Shown in pieces: positions 1 to 9,828 of a stretch of 64,000 nt of DNA (positions are counted from its first letter, which is position 1; each line of letters begins with the position of its first letter). The stretch is from NCBI GenBank assembly GCA_963727445.1, contig CAVSGI010000017.1:32001-96000 (forward strand), written 5' to 3'. This stretch comes from an uncultured delta proteobacterium. GTDB taxonomy: Bacteria > Myxococcota_A > Polyangia > Polyangiales > B10-G4. The notes beneath the pieces were generated by a model that did not search any database, was not told the origin of the DNA, and saw nothing but the letters and a program-made list of their open reading frames with translations. The position numbers and the translations under genes are program-made.

Positions 1-57
1 CCCGGGCGTGCGCCTCTCTCGCGATTCTCCTCGAGATCCCGAACGCGGGTCTCTGAC

Positions 58-435
58 ATGGGTCGCGGCGCCCCCGTTCCGATCTTCTGGTTCGACGGAC
101 AGTGCGGGTTCTGCACGCGCTGGGCGGATTGGCTGAAGGCCAGGAGCGACGTCGTCGTCCGTCCGTGGCAGGCCGGCGGCTTCGGCCATAACGGGCTCCG
201 AGAAGAGCAGGTAGAGGACGCGGCGTACTGGGTCGCGCCGGACGGCACGACGCGCGGGGGTCACCTGGCGATCGCCTGGGCGCTCAGGTCCTGCGGCGGC
301 TTCTTGGGGTGGCTCGGACGTCTCATGAGCTGGGGACCGTTTCGCTGGCTCTCGCGTCATGGGTATCGGTGGGTGGCTCGGCACCGGGGCTCGCTTCCGG
401 GCAAGACGCCGGCATGCGCGACCGGCCGCTGTTGA
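58..435 (+). CDS. DCC family (DUF393) thiol-disulfide oxidoreductase
   Basis: N-terminal FDGQCGFC (DxxCxxC) and C-terminal YRWVARHR typical of DCC proteins. Confidence 0.85.
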   Translation: MGRGAPVPIFWFDGQCGFCTRWADWLKARSDVVVRPWQAGGFGHNGLREEQVEDAAYWVAPDGTTRGGHLAIAWALRSCGGFLGWLGRLMSWGPFRWLSRHGYRWVARHRGSLPGKTPACATGRC

Positions 436-578
436 TTCGGCTCCGTCAGGGGTCGGCTTCGATGTCGCGCTCGTCCCCGCTGGCTTCTTCCGATACGCCG
501 ATTCGCTCCTCGAACCGCGTCATCCACGCTCTTGATCCTCTCGCTGTTGGAATTAGCGGAGTGCGCGAAAGGACAATC

Positions 579-905
579 ATGCAGACGATCGATCGAAGAG
601 AGCTTCAACAGAAGATGAGAGAGAACCCGCGCCTGCCCGTGGTGGAGGTGCTCCAACCTCCCGAGTTCGAGAAGTACCATCTCCCGAACGCGATCAACGT
701 TCCGCTGGGGAAGGACTTCGACGACCGCATCCAGCGTGCAGTCCCCGACAAGTCGACCCCGGTCGTGGTGTACTGCGCCGACCTGGAATGTGACGCCTCC
801 CCGACCGCGGCCAAGAAGATGGAGCGCCTCGGGTACGAACGCGTCTTCGACTACGCGGATGGCAAGGCCGACTGGAAAGAGAACGTCTCGGCGTCGGCGA
901 GCTGA
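579..905 (+). CDS. Rhodanese-like domain protein
   Basis: RBS GAAAGGA then ATG at 579; HLPNAINVP, VVVYC, GYERV..YADGKADW. Confidence 0.85.
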   Translation: MQTIDRRELQQKMRENPRLPVVEVLQPPEFEKYHLPNAINVPLGKDFDDRIQRAVPDKSTPVVVYCADLECDASPTAAKKMERLGYERVFDYADGKADWKENVSASAS

Positions 906-950
906 ATCCACCGGCGCCTTTCGACAGGCGCTTCGTGCGTCATCACGCTG

Positions 951-1964
951 TCACTGGCCGTGATTTCCGGGAGACACGAGCGTCTCTCTGCGTACGCGCC
1001 ACCGACCGGCAGGCCCTCCGAGGCGGGCGACTTCGTAGGAGCGGATGGCGACGCTGTCACAGCCCACGGCTGCGCGTTCGAGAGCGATGAAGACCGTGAC
1101 GGTCCCCGGCTCGTTCGACGCGAGCTCCGAAGTACGGGCGTTGGTCGAGTCGGTGCGGAGACAGCCGTCGTCGCGGCCGTCGATGCCTCGCCAGCACATC
1201 TGGTAAACCCAATCGACAGCGACGCCCGACGGAAGGTCTTCGCCCTCGTCGAGCGCCTGCGCCTCATCACCCGCTGCCGCGAAGCGCGCCTCGATGCCCT
1301 CTTCATCCAGCCACGCCGCGCCGCCCAAGCCGGAGACCCAACACGTGCGATCCGCCTGATGAAGGCGCACGGGTGTGGTGAGCGCGAGGTCCGCGCGATA
1401 TCTCGCCACGGCCAGCACGGCGCCCGGCAAGTCCGGATCGTCCTGGGGGCACTGTTGCGCGTCCCGTGCGATCCCGGTGAGCGCGCGCATCTGGCGACGA
1501 AGCGCACCGAGGGCCCCGGGCGCGGCCGCGTCCCAGGCGAGCTCGTCCCGGATGCGTCGAAGCTCGGCGAACCGGGTGGCGGCCTCCGTGCACGCTGGCG
1601 ACCGCTCGACGGTCCCTTCCACTGCCGCGAGATCGCCGATCACGTCAGCGCCGTCATCCGGTGGCGCATCGGTCTCGGCCGACGGAGCTGCCTCGGACTC
1701 GACAGGGGCAGCGCCAGCCTCGGTCGGCGGCGCATCCAGATCCAGCAGCCGGCAACGTCCGCTCCGGAACTGCTCCAACCAACCGTCGCTCTCGAGGCTC
1801 GCCAAGGTCTCGATGGCGCGTTCGACTCGGGGATCGGTGCCCGCGCTCGGACCGGCCGCGGCTTCTTCGCTCAGCGCAGGCGGCGGGCCATCGCCAGCGC
1901 GACTCGCGCCGCAGCCACCCAAGGTAGACCACCCGACGAAGACCATGAGCCATGCCTCGAGCAT
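951..1964 (-). CDS. Hypothetical lipoprotein
   Basis: Start inferred at MLEAWLMVFVGWSTLGGC (lipobox-like); upstream part of the long ORF overlaps gene 2129. Confidence 0.6.
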   Translation of the reverse strand: MLEAWLMVFVGWSTLGGCGASRAGDGPPPALSEEAAAGPSAGTDPRVERAIETLASLESDGWLEQFRSGRCRLLDLDAPPTEAGAAPVESEAAPSAETDAPPDDGADVIGDLAAVEGTVERSPACTEAATRFAELRRIRDELAWDAAAPGALGALRRQMRALTGIARDAQQCPQDDPDLPGAVLAVARYRADLALTTPVRLHQADRTCWVSGLGGAAWLDEEGIEARFAAAGDEAQALDEGEDLPSGVAVDWVYQMCWRGIDGRDDGCLRTDSTNARTSELASNEPGTVTVFIALERAAVGCDSVAIRSYEVARLGGPAGRWRVRRETLVSPGNHGQ

Positions 1965-2099
1965 CGTGGCACGACGGTAGCACCTGCCGGCCGGAGCGAC
2001 CGCGGGCATGCGCCCACCTGAGACGGATCGCCTGGGGCAAAACGCTCCGCCCATGCGGATGTGGTGACCGAAAGTCGCGGGTTTGGCCCCAGCCGCGGC

Positions 2100-2115
2100 C
2101 GGCACGCTTCTGGCT
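2100..2115 (+). promoter_or_regulatory. Candidate sigma54 promoter
   Basis: CGGCACGCTTCTGGCT = GG-N10-GC, just upstream of ATG 2129. Confidence 0.45.
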
Positions 2116-2128
2116 CTGATCGAGGCGC

Positions 2129-2923
2129 ATGGGCAGCTACACCGTGTTGACGACGCTGGGGACGAAGCGCTGGCAGACCCGTGCATACAAGCGTCGAGAG
2201 CTCGCGCCACACACGGACGACGTACCGATCGAGGAGACGCGCTTCTCGTGCCCCGAGTGTCGGCAGTATTTCCCCTACGAGGGAAGCTGCGACCGGTGCG
2301 AGCGTCCGCTGGTGGATCGCACGGTCGCCCTCCCCGCGTCGCCGGCGGTCCGCCGGCCGCGGTGGATGGTCTCCGGCTCACCCGAAATGGTTCTGCTCGG
2401 GATGAGCGCGCTCCTCGGTCCGGCCGTCTTCTTCGGCGCGGCCTGGGATCCTGGGGTGATGTACCCGATAGGGGGCGCGTTCGCGGTGGTGTTGTCGTTG
2501 CTCGCGGTCGGCAGCATCGCGAGCACGACGCTGGACCGGCGGGATCGCCGACGGGACCGCGAGCGAGCCCGTGCGCGTGCGCTCGCGCAACCGTGCATCC
2601 CCACCTCCCAGCTGTCGTCGGCCGACGCGCCCGAGCTCGTCCGTGTCGCGGGCCGCCTTCGCTTCGACGTCGACAGGACGACCGTCCGCGTCCGCGTATG
2701 CGACGAGTCGGGGAGCGCGCTTCTCCCGGATCATCCCCTGGTCCAGGCATACCGCGCTGGCGGAACCCACGAGGAGCTCGACTCGATTCGCGATGGCGAC
2801 GAGGTGGAGATCCTCGCCGCATGCCATCGGGTCACCGAGGCGGGAGACGGCTACCGACAGGCCAAGTCCCACCTCGAGATCAGCGCGGAGACGCCGATGC
2901 TCGTGTGGGTGCGAAACCGCTGA
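2129..2923 (+). CDS. Hypothetical membrane protein with N-terminal zinc ribbon
   Basis: CPEC...CDRC followed by two hydrophobic helices. Confidence 0.65.
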   Translation: MGSYTVLTTLGTKRWQTRAYKRRELAPHTDDVPIEETRFSCPECRQYFPYEGSCDRCERPLVDRTVALPASPAVRRPRWMVSGSPEMVLLGMSALLGPAVFFGAAWDPGVMYPIGGAFAVVLSLLAVGSIASTTLDRRDRRRDRERARARALAQPCIPTSQLSSADAPELVRVAGRLRFDVDRTTVRVRVCDESGSALLPDHPLVQAYRAGGTHEELDSIRDGDEVEILAACHRVTEAGDGYRQAKSHLEISAETPMLVWVRNR

Positions 2924-2941
2924 CGGCGCGCGAGACGCTCA

Positions 2942-3511
2942 TCACCGCCGCGGTTCGAGCCGGAGACATCCGTCGTCGTCCTGATCGAGCCACGGCGCAC
3001 CGAGCGCGCCCGGCCCGTAGTAGACGGTGGCTGGTGCATCCGGGCGGCCGTCGAAGACATCGAAGACGCGCTTGCAGATGGGAACGTACTCGGGCTCTGG
3101 TTGACCCGGCAGCGGCGCGACCTGGGCGAAGCTGGTCGGCGTCTGCCCCGGCTGGCGGTGAATGTGCACCGACAGGACCGTGGTTTCGAAAGGCTCGGGG
3201 CGGCCGTCGGCAACGTAGTTCACGAAACCGAGGAGCGACATCAGGGGAATTGGCAACACGACGGCAAAGAGCAGCGCCAGCTTGGCCGCACGGATGCGCC
3301 CAGAGCGCGCGAGGGGAATGCTCAGAACGAAGAGCGCAAGTCCGATCGCGACGGAGTACCACACGAAGACGTCCGAAGCTTCGAGCGGATAGGCCGAGCT
3401 CAGGGACCAGAAACCCATGGCGAAGGACGCGATGAAGAAGATCGGGAGGACGATCACCAGCGCGCGCTTGGTGCCAATGCTCAAGTTCGTCTTTGCGGGC
3501 CCCTTCGTCAT
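2942..3511 (-). CDS. Hypothetical membrane protein
   Basis: Three hydrophobic segments; directly downstream of the 3519 gene. Confidence 0.65.
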   Translation of the reverse strand: MTKGPAKTNLSIGTKRALVIVLPIFFIASFAMGFWSLSSAYPLEASDVFVWYSVAIGLALFVLSIPLARSGRIRAAKLALLFAVVLPIPLMSLLGFVNYVADGRPEPFETTVLSVHIHRQPGQTPTSFAQVAPLPGQPEPEYVPICKRVFDVFDGRPDAPATVYYGPGALGAPWLDQDDDGCLRLEPRR

Positions 3512-3518
3512 GTCGCCC

Positions 3519-4637
3519 TCACGCGTCGACGCGGCAGCCGATGCGTTCGGTAGCGATGACGATGTCGTCGTAGAAGACGGCCTGCTCCTCGGACTTCATG
3601 GGCGTGTCGTCGCGGTTGTCGTTCAAGGTGCCCCACTCCTGGTAGATCTCGAAGGTGACGCGCACCTGGTTGACGTCGGCGCTGGTGCGGAAGTCGTAGC
3701 CTTCGAAGGGGGTGCTGGGGTCGGTGCCAAACTCGCCCATCGTGTAGAAGTTGTCGCGGAGCCATTCGCCGAGGGGCGTCCCCATCTCGAATGCCCCGAC
3801 GAGGTCGTCCTCGATCCAGAGCGCCTGCGCCCCGTCATACTCGCCTGGGGTGTTCGCGCGGACGCGGTACTCGTAGCAAGCCCACGCGTAGCGGTCGACG
3901 ACGGTCTGATCTGCTGGCTTGAAGCGGTTGCCGTAGTAATAGGTCGTGCCTTGATCGCCATCGCAGCCAGGGACGGCGGTCCCGTCGTTGCATCGCCCCG
4001 AGCGCATCTCGTGCCAGTAGGTGTAGAAGAACTGCCGGCCCATGCCGTCGATGTCGATCGTGGTGTTGAAGCGCTGATCGCCGTCCGGACGGATGTCGGC
4101 CGTGCCTCCGGGATCCCCGCCCTCGACGTGAACCCGCGTGTTGTTTCCGTGGTGCGGGCGCGCGGTGCCGTCGGTGTAGCGCATGTAGTAACGGACGAAG
4201 TACTCGTCGCCGGCGGGCAGCGGAAAACGAACGTTGGCCTTCACCGACGCGTCCCCACGGCTCTCCAAACCGGTGAGGGTGAAGCTGAACTTCAGCGCTC
4301 CGTTGCCCGCGTGCGCCAGCGCTGGGTCGGTCGTCACCTCGTAGGTGTCGCCAGTGTAGGAGCCGAGCTCGAGGCCGGTGTCCGAGCTCTCCATGTCGGT
4401 CGCGAAGATGATCGCGGACTCGCTCGGATCCCACGCGTCGTTGGGATAGCGCTCACTGAGCGTCCCGCCCGGACCCACGCTGGTGTCGCCGGCCATCATC
4501 GCATCCGGCCGCGCATCGGCCATCGTCGCGCTGTCACGCGGCGCCGCGTCCGCGGAGGTCGCGTCGGGCGCCCCCTCGGTCGATCCATCACAGCCCGCGA
4601 GGAGCGCGAGCGCCAGCCACGTGTGTCGATGCCTCAT
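3519..4637 (-). CDS. Secreted lipoprotein, possible jelly-roll/polysaccharide-lyase-like domain
   Basis: MRHRHTWLALALLAGC lipobox, D/A-rich linker, EYFVRYYMRY, WACYEYRV, FYDDIVIATERIG; function uncertain. Confidence 0.6.
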   Translation of the reverse strand: MRHRHTWLALALLAGCDGSTEGAPDATSADAAPRDSATMADARPDAMMAGDTSVGPGGTLSERYPNDAWDPSESAIIFATDMESSDTGLELGSYTGDTYEVTTDPALAHAGNGALKFSFTLTGLESRGDASVKANVRFPLPAGDEYFVRYYMRYTDGTARPHHGNNTRVHVEGGDPGGTADIRPDGDQRFNTTIDIDGMGRQFFYTYWHEMRSGRCNDGTAVPGCDGDQGTTYYYGNRFKPADQTVVDRYAWACYEYRVRANTPGEYDGAQALWIEDDLVGAFEMGTPLGEWLRDNFYTMGEFGTDPSTPFEGYDFRTSADVNQVRVTFEIYQEWGTLNDNRDDTPMKSEEQAVFYDDIVIATERIGCRVDA

Positions 4638-4657
4638 GCATCGAGGGTACCGCAGAC

Positions 4658-5023
4658 TCAGCCGTGGTGAGAGCCCGTGACCTCCCGCAGCCGCGTGCGG
4701 GTGTTCGACGGGAGTGCGTCGATCGCGTGCTCGCAGTCGGGTTGATGGTCGTAGGCGTAGCCGATGGAGAAGCAGCGGCGTACCTCGACGGGCAGTTGAT
4801 GGCAGAGCTCCATGAACTCGTGTCGATCGGGCGCGGGCGTCTCGCCCCCTGCCCACACGTCCATGGCGCGGCTCATCGCCACCATCTCGTCGAAGGTCTC
4901 ACCGCAGCTCGCCGGCGGGCTACGCTCCGCGCTCGATGCAGTCGCCTCGGTGCTCTCCGGCTCGCGAGAACAGCTCGCCACGCCGACCAAGAGCACCACC
5001 AGGATCATCGTGGTTCTCGTCAT
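4658..5023 (-). CDS. Small hypothetical lipoprotein
   Basis: ILVVLLVGVASC lipobox; four further Cys. Confidence 0.65.
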   Translation of the reverse strand: MTRTTMILVVLLVGVASCSREPESTEATASSAERSPPASCGETFDEMVAMSRAMDVWAGGETPAPDRHEFMELCHQLPVEVRRCFSIGYAYDHQPDCEHAIDALPSNTRTRLREVTGSHHG

Positions 5024-5075
5024 GCCGGTCCCGTAGTCACCGCCCCCCGGCGGTCAATCTCGGGCCAGCCGGGGC

Positions 5076-7019
5076 TCAACGCGCCGCGAGATAGGTCGCG
5101 GTTCGCGAGACCACCGCTGCGCACCAGAACCCGCGGAGCCCGTAGAGGCGCTCCTGCAGCGAGCCCTGGCCTGCGATTCGGGAACGCTCGTAGACCACGG
5201 CCGCCTCGTCCGGCAGGACGCCGAGGTGGCGAACGGCGAGACCGGCGGACTGGCGCGCGCGTTCGTCGGCGAGCTCGAGGGCGGTCATCAGGGCGAGGTC
5301 GTTCGCCACCTCGACCGCTTCGCCCCGCTCCATGCGGACCTGCAGCGAGTAGTCGCGCATGACCAGGAGCGACGCATCGACGAGGGCGCCGTCGGCGGCG
5401 GCCAGGGTGGAGAGCGCCTCGTGCACGCTCGCCGGATCGAGGTGCTCGAACGCATAGCCGATGCGCACGCTCGCCTCGCGGTAGTCGATGTCGGTCATCA
5501 CGAGGTAACGGCGCACGCTGCTCTCATCGATGTGCTGAGCGTCCGCGATGCCCTGCACCGCGATGGTGTCGTAATAGTCGAGGACGGCCTTGGCGGCGAT
5601 GGTGGTGCTCTCGGCGAGGTCCCGAAGGCGCGCCACGTCCAGGGGGATGCCTTCGGCAGCCTTGCTCGAGAGCGCGGCGCTGTCGCGGCCCGCGTCGAGG
5701 ACGAAGCGCGCCGCGCCGTACTGGAACGTGGCCTTGGCAAAGGCCGCGACCACCTCGTCGAATCGCTCCTCGGCCTCGGGGCCTTCGCCGGGGTCTTCGA
5801 GGAGGGCGACGCCGCGCTCGAGCTCGGCGCGCGCGAGGATGATGGCCGAGCGCGCTCGATGGGCGGCGTCGTAGGCGTCGAGGAGATAGAGCGCGTCGCC
5901 GACGGTGTTCACCGGCTGCGCGGCGAGCTCGGCCAGGTACGCCTGGTGCTCGCGCTCGACGGTGGCGGCCGCGGCAGCCTCCGCGAGGAGCGCCTCTCCG
6001 TCGGACCTCAGGCCGGCGTCGAAGACGCGAGCCGCCCCGTCGATGTCGTGGATCATGACGGCGGCGTCCCGCGCGTTCTTGTAGGCGGTGGCGACCAGAC
6101 CCTGGCGCAGGTGCTGATCGGCCTGGGTGATGAGCCGCCGCGCCTCCTCCATGTTCGGACGAAGCAGATCCCGATAGATGCGCGGCTGGCGCTGCCACGC
6201 CTCGGCGCCCTGGGCGACGAGCAACCCCCACTGGGCGATCTGCGACCGCATGCGGCGGTCGAGCGCGCGACTGATGACGATCTCCGAGGGACGAACCGCC
6301 TCGTTGCGCGGCGGGGTCACGCCCGTGAGATGGAAGAACGCGTCCTCGATGTCGGCGATCTCGACGGCGGTGATCCCGAGCTGGTCGGCGAGCTCCTGCA
6401 GATCGATCGCGCGTCCGTTGGCGAGGTCGGTGTCGAAGCGCGAGCCCCGCGGATAGCCGAAGACGCGGAAGCCGGCCGACGCGGCAGCCTGCATCTTGTA
6501 CGCGATGCCGCCGACGGGGCCGATGGTCCCGTCGGGGTTGATGGTGCCGGTCATGGTGACGTCACGGCGGACCGGGACGTGCTGCATGGCAGCGATGATG
6601 CCCGCGGTCATGAGCGCACCCGCCGACGGGCCGTCGATGAGCCCCTCGACACCGACCGTGACCTCGAAGTCGCGCAGCGGACGGCCGGTGAGCTTGGATG
6701 CGTGAACGGCGCCGACCCAGGTGGCGGCGCGCCACTGCTCGCCCGCCCCGCCCGAGACGCCTTCGAAGATGGCCACCCGAGGACGGCCGGTCGCGTTCGG
6801 CGCCACCGAGACCGTGACGGGCGAGGTCGTGCCCTCGGGGCCGTTCGGGCCGTTGCGGTACGCGACGGCGACGAGCTCGACGCTGTTGGCGGACGACGGT
6901 CCGGGTCGAGGTGCGACAGCGCCGTTCGCGGCGGCTCCACATCCGGCGAAGAAGAGGGCGAGGGCGAGGGCGAGAGGCGTGAGGTCGTGGCGGCAGCGAG
7001 GCATCGGGGAATCCTCCAT
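5076..7019 (-). CDS. Lipoprotein S16 (Lon-type, no AAA+ module) serine protease
   Basis: FFAGC lipobox; IDGPSAG (catalytic Ser); TMTGTINPDGTIGPVGGIAYK (catalytic Lys). Confidence 0.85.
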   Translation of the reverse strand: MEDSPMPRCRHDLTPLALALALFFAGCGAAANGAVAPRPGPSSANSVELVAVAYRNGPNGPEGTTSPVTVSVAPNATGRPRVAIFEGVSGGAGEQWRAATWVGAVHASKLTGRPLRDFEVTVGVEGLIDGPSAGALMTAGIIAAMQHVPVRRDVTMTGTINPDGTIGPVGGIAYKMQAAASAGFRVFGYPRGSRFDTDLANGRAIDLQELADQLGITAVEIADIEDAFFHLTGVTPPRNEAVRPSEIVISRALDRRMRSQIAQWGLLVAQGAEAWQRQPRIYRDLLRPNMEEARRLITQADQHLRQGLVATAYKNARDAAVMIHDIDGAARVFDAGLRSDGEALLAEAAAAATVEREHQAYLAELAAQPVNTVGDALYLLDAYDAAHRARSAIILARAELERGVALLEDPGEGPEAEERFDEVVAAFAKATFQYGAARFVLDAGRDSAALSSKAAEGIPLDVARLRDLAESTTIAAKAVLDYYDTIAVQGIADAQHIDESSVRRYLVMTDIDYREASVRIGYAFEHLDPASVHEALSTLAAADGALVDASLLVMRDYSLQVRMERGEAVEVANDLALMTALELADERARQSAGLAVRHLGVLPDEAAVVYERSRIAGQGSLQERLYGLRGFWCAAVVSRTATYLAAR

Positions 7020-7092
7020 GAAGAGATGCCGCGCTTATCGGGCCGAAGGCCGGGCAGTTGCCTTCCGAATCCGCCCCCCGGCCGCTGGCGTC

Positions 7093-7109
7093 GTTAATCG
7101 TGTCTTAAC
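7093..7109 (+). promoter_or_regulatory. OmpR-family (PmrA/QseB-like) direct-repeat box
   Basis: GTTAA-TCGTGT-CTTAA, conspicuous in GC-rich DNA, upstream of the PepSY gene. Confidence 0.6.
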
Positions 7110-7174
7110 GGGCCTCGCCGCCCCGTTTCGCCATGCTTTCCCCGGGCCGAGAGCCCATCGACCAAGGAGTACGA

Positions 7175-7556
7175 ATGAAGACGAAGAAGCTTTGGACCTC
7201 GCTGGCGCTCGCCGGGGCGCTCGCGAGCCCCATCCTGGCCGCGGCCGCATGCGGCGCCCACCAAGAGGCCCAGATCCCCATCGAGGACGCGCGCGCCGCG
7301 GCGGTCGAGCGCGTGCCCGGACAGATTGTGGAGGAGGAGCTCGAACGCGAAGACGGGCGGCTCATCTATTCGTTCCACGTGGAGACGAGCGACGGCCGCG
7401 GCGCCAAGGAGGTCAACGTCGACGCCAACGACGGCCGCATCGTCTCGGTGGAGACGGAGGATGACGACGACGCCGTCGACGAGGCCGAAGCCGACGAAGA
7501 TTCGCGAGACGGACGAGCACGAGGCCGACGAAGACGGCGAGATGGACGAGGGCTGA
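7175..7556 (+). CDS. PepSY domain exported protein (frameshift near 7501, probable sequencing error)
   Basis: RBS AAGGAG; signal peptide; ELEREDGRLIYSFHV...EVNVDANDGRIV; acidic tail continues in another frame to TGA 7556. Confidence 0.85.
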
Positions 7557-7563
7557 GGCAGCC

Positions 7564-8668
7564 TCAGGCGGGGGCGCGGCGCGCGGGAAGAAGAGGATCA
7601 CGCGCGCCCCGCCCTTCGGGCTCCGCTCGACGGAGCACGCACCGCCGTGGCGATGAACGACGCGCGACACGATCGCGAGGCCGAGGCCATGCCCCTCCTC
7701 ACCTTCGGTCGCCGCCGCCGCGCGCCCCCTCCGCAGCGGCGAGAAGATTCTGCGCGCGCTCCTCCTGACTCGATCCCCGGCCCCGAGTCGTCGATCACCG
7801 CGTCGACGCCGCCGTCCCGGATGTACACCGACGCCGCCACCTGGCCGCCGGCCGGCGTGTAGCGGACCGCATTGTCGATCACGTTGCGAAGCGCGGTGTC
7901 GATGGCGTTCGGGTCGCCACGAACCACCGCCGACGCATCGTCACCGGCCGCTGCCGGGACGAGCGCGATCCCGCGTTCTCGCGCCGGCTCGACGAAGCGC
8001 GCGAGGGCGAGGTCCATCCGCTCGCGCAGGTCGACGGACGCCTCCTCGCTCGACGGGCCCTCGGCCCGCGCGAGCTCGAGGAGGGACTCGACGAGCTGGC
8101 TCAGTCGCCGGAGGTCCACGAGCGACTCCTCGATGGTTCGCGTCAGCTCCTCGGCGCTTCGCGGCTTGCGGATGGCGACCTCGAGACGAGAGGTCACCAC
8201 GGCCAGCGGAGTCCGGAGCTCGTGAGAGGCGTCTGCTGCGTAGCGACCGAGGGCGCCGAAGCCTTCTTCGAGGCGGCCGAGGAGCGCGTTGACCTCGGTG
8301 GTGAGGTCGTGGAGCTCGTCCACCCGCTCCGGCAGGGGAAGCCGCCGCGACAGATCCGTGAGCGTCGTGTGGTGAACGGTGCCGATCACCTCGTGAAGGG
8401 GCCGGAGCGCACGGCGACTGAGCCCCAGCGCACCCGCCGTCGCGACGAGCATGGCGAGTGGGCCGGCGAGGAGCATGGCGACGAGCACCTGCTCGCTCGC
8501 CTCCTCGGTCAGCGGCTCCTCCGCTGTCTCCGTGACGTCGGGCTCCTCGGCCTCCTCGATTCGCAGAGCGACGAAGACCGCGCCCGCGAAGAGCACCAGC
8601 GTGATCAGCGTCGAGACCACCATCCAACCCGCCAACCGTGCGCGCAGCGAGCGGCGCTGGTCAGTCAT
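7564..8668 (-). CDS. HAMP-HisKA-HATPase sensor histidine kinase (frameshifted near 7750; 3' end uncertain)
   Basis: Two TM, ADASHELRTPL, NVIDNAVRY, DSGPGI; GHGLGLAIV..HGG in the shifted frame. Confidence 0.9.
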
Positions 8669-9350
8669 CGCTCGGCGCCGCCTCCGCGACCAGTCGAAAG
8701 CCGAACCCGCGCACGGTCTCGATCGCGACGCCGCTCGACGACAGCTTGCGACGCAGGTGCGCCACGTGGACGTCCACCAGGTTGGTCTTCGGATCGAAGT
8801 CGTAGCCGAAGACGTCCGTCAGGATCTCCGCGCGCGTGAGGAGCTCGCCCCGCCTGCGCAGCATGTATTCGAGCAGAGAGTGCTCGCGCGGCGACAGATG
8901 CACGCGCTCTGCGTCGATCAACGCGGCCGTCTGGTCCGGCTCGAGACGCAGCTTCCCGAGGGTCAGCGGCGCCCAGCGGGGCGCGGCGGCGCGTCGCAGG
9001 AGCGCTCGCACGCGCGCGAGGAGCTCGGCGAAGACGAAGGGCTTGATCAGGTAGTCGTCTGCGCCCGCCTCGAGAGCGCTGATCCGCGCGGTGACGGCGT
9101 CACGCGCGGTGAGGACCAGGACGGGCTGGACCGAGCCGGAGGCGCGCAAGCCCCGGAGGACCTCCATCCCGTCTTCGTCCGGCAGCCCGAGGTCGAGGAC
9201 GACGGCGTCGGCGCGCCCCGCCTCGAGAACGGTACGCGCCTCCCCAGCGGTCTGAGCCGTGGTCACCTCGAACCCCTCCTCGCGAAAGCCGGTCGTGAGG
9301 GAGTCGAGAAGACGCGCCGTGTCTTCGACGATGACGAGCTCTGGCCTCAT
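8661..9350 (-). CDS. OmpR-family response regulator
   Basis: VLDLGLPDEDG, GADDYLIKPF, NLVDVHVAHLRRKL, TVRGFGF. Confidence 0.95.
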   Translation of the reverse strand: MRPELVIVEDTARLLDSLTTGFREEGFEVTTAQTAGEARTVLEAGRADAVVLDLGLPDEDGMEVLRGLRASGSVQPVLVLTARDAVTARISALEAGADDYLIKPFVFAELLARVRALLRRAAAPRWAPLTLGKLRLEPDQTAALIDAERVHLSPREHSLLEYMLRRRGELLTRAEILTDVFGYDFDPKTNLVDVHVAHLRRKLSSSGVAIETVRGFGFRLVAEAAPSDD

Positions 9351-9394
9351 GGAAGCCGCTTAGACTCCACCGAGGCGGGAGCAACCCACCCCGA

Positions 9395-9410
9395 TGGCAC
9401 GGCGAATGCT
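9395..9410 (+). promoter_or_regulatory. Sigma54 promoter
   Basis: TGGCACGGCGAATGCT, followed by RBS AAAGGAGG and ATG 9438. Confidence 0.7.
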
Positions 9411-9437
9411 TTGTCTGTGGGCGAAAGGAGGCTTGCC

Positions 9438-9686
9438 ATGTCCATCGAAGAACACGAATCCATGGACCGTGACGAACCCTTCGAAGACCAGACGGACGAA
9501 GCCGACGTCGAGCTCCACCACGAATTGGCCGTGAACGCCCTGCGCGATCTGGCCAAAAGACACGACCGAGAGCGCGCCGAGCTTCTGCGAGAGCTGAAGG
9601 AGCTCGACCGGGATCTGGGTGTCGACGTCGACAAGGAGGACAAGCTCGAAGAGGCGTTCTGGAAGCGGGGATCGGAGCAGCCATAG
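9438..9686 (+). CDS. Small acidic hypothetical protein (82 aa)
   Basis: Strong RBS and sigma54 motif; MSIEEHESMDRDEPFEDQ... Confidence 0.7.
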   Translation: MSIEEHESMDRDEPFEDQTDEADVELHHELAVNALRDLAKRHDRERAELLRELKELDRDLGVDVDKEDKLEEAFWKRGSEQP

Positions 9687-9828
9687 CTGCGGCCCTTCGC
9701 CACATGTGAGGCGATGCACCACAGGTGCGTCGGGCCTACGTATTCCGTCAAGAGCCGGTGCATCCGCGGTCAGAACGGGAAAAGGGGGATCGAAAGCGGG
9801 GCTCATCCGTATCTTCCATGTGGCCTCG

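Noticed and set aside
4637..4652. GG-N10-GC match upstream of the 4637 gene
   Set aside because: The TSS would fall inside the signal peptide; a TAnnnT box explains the site better
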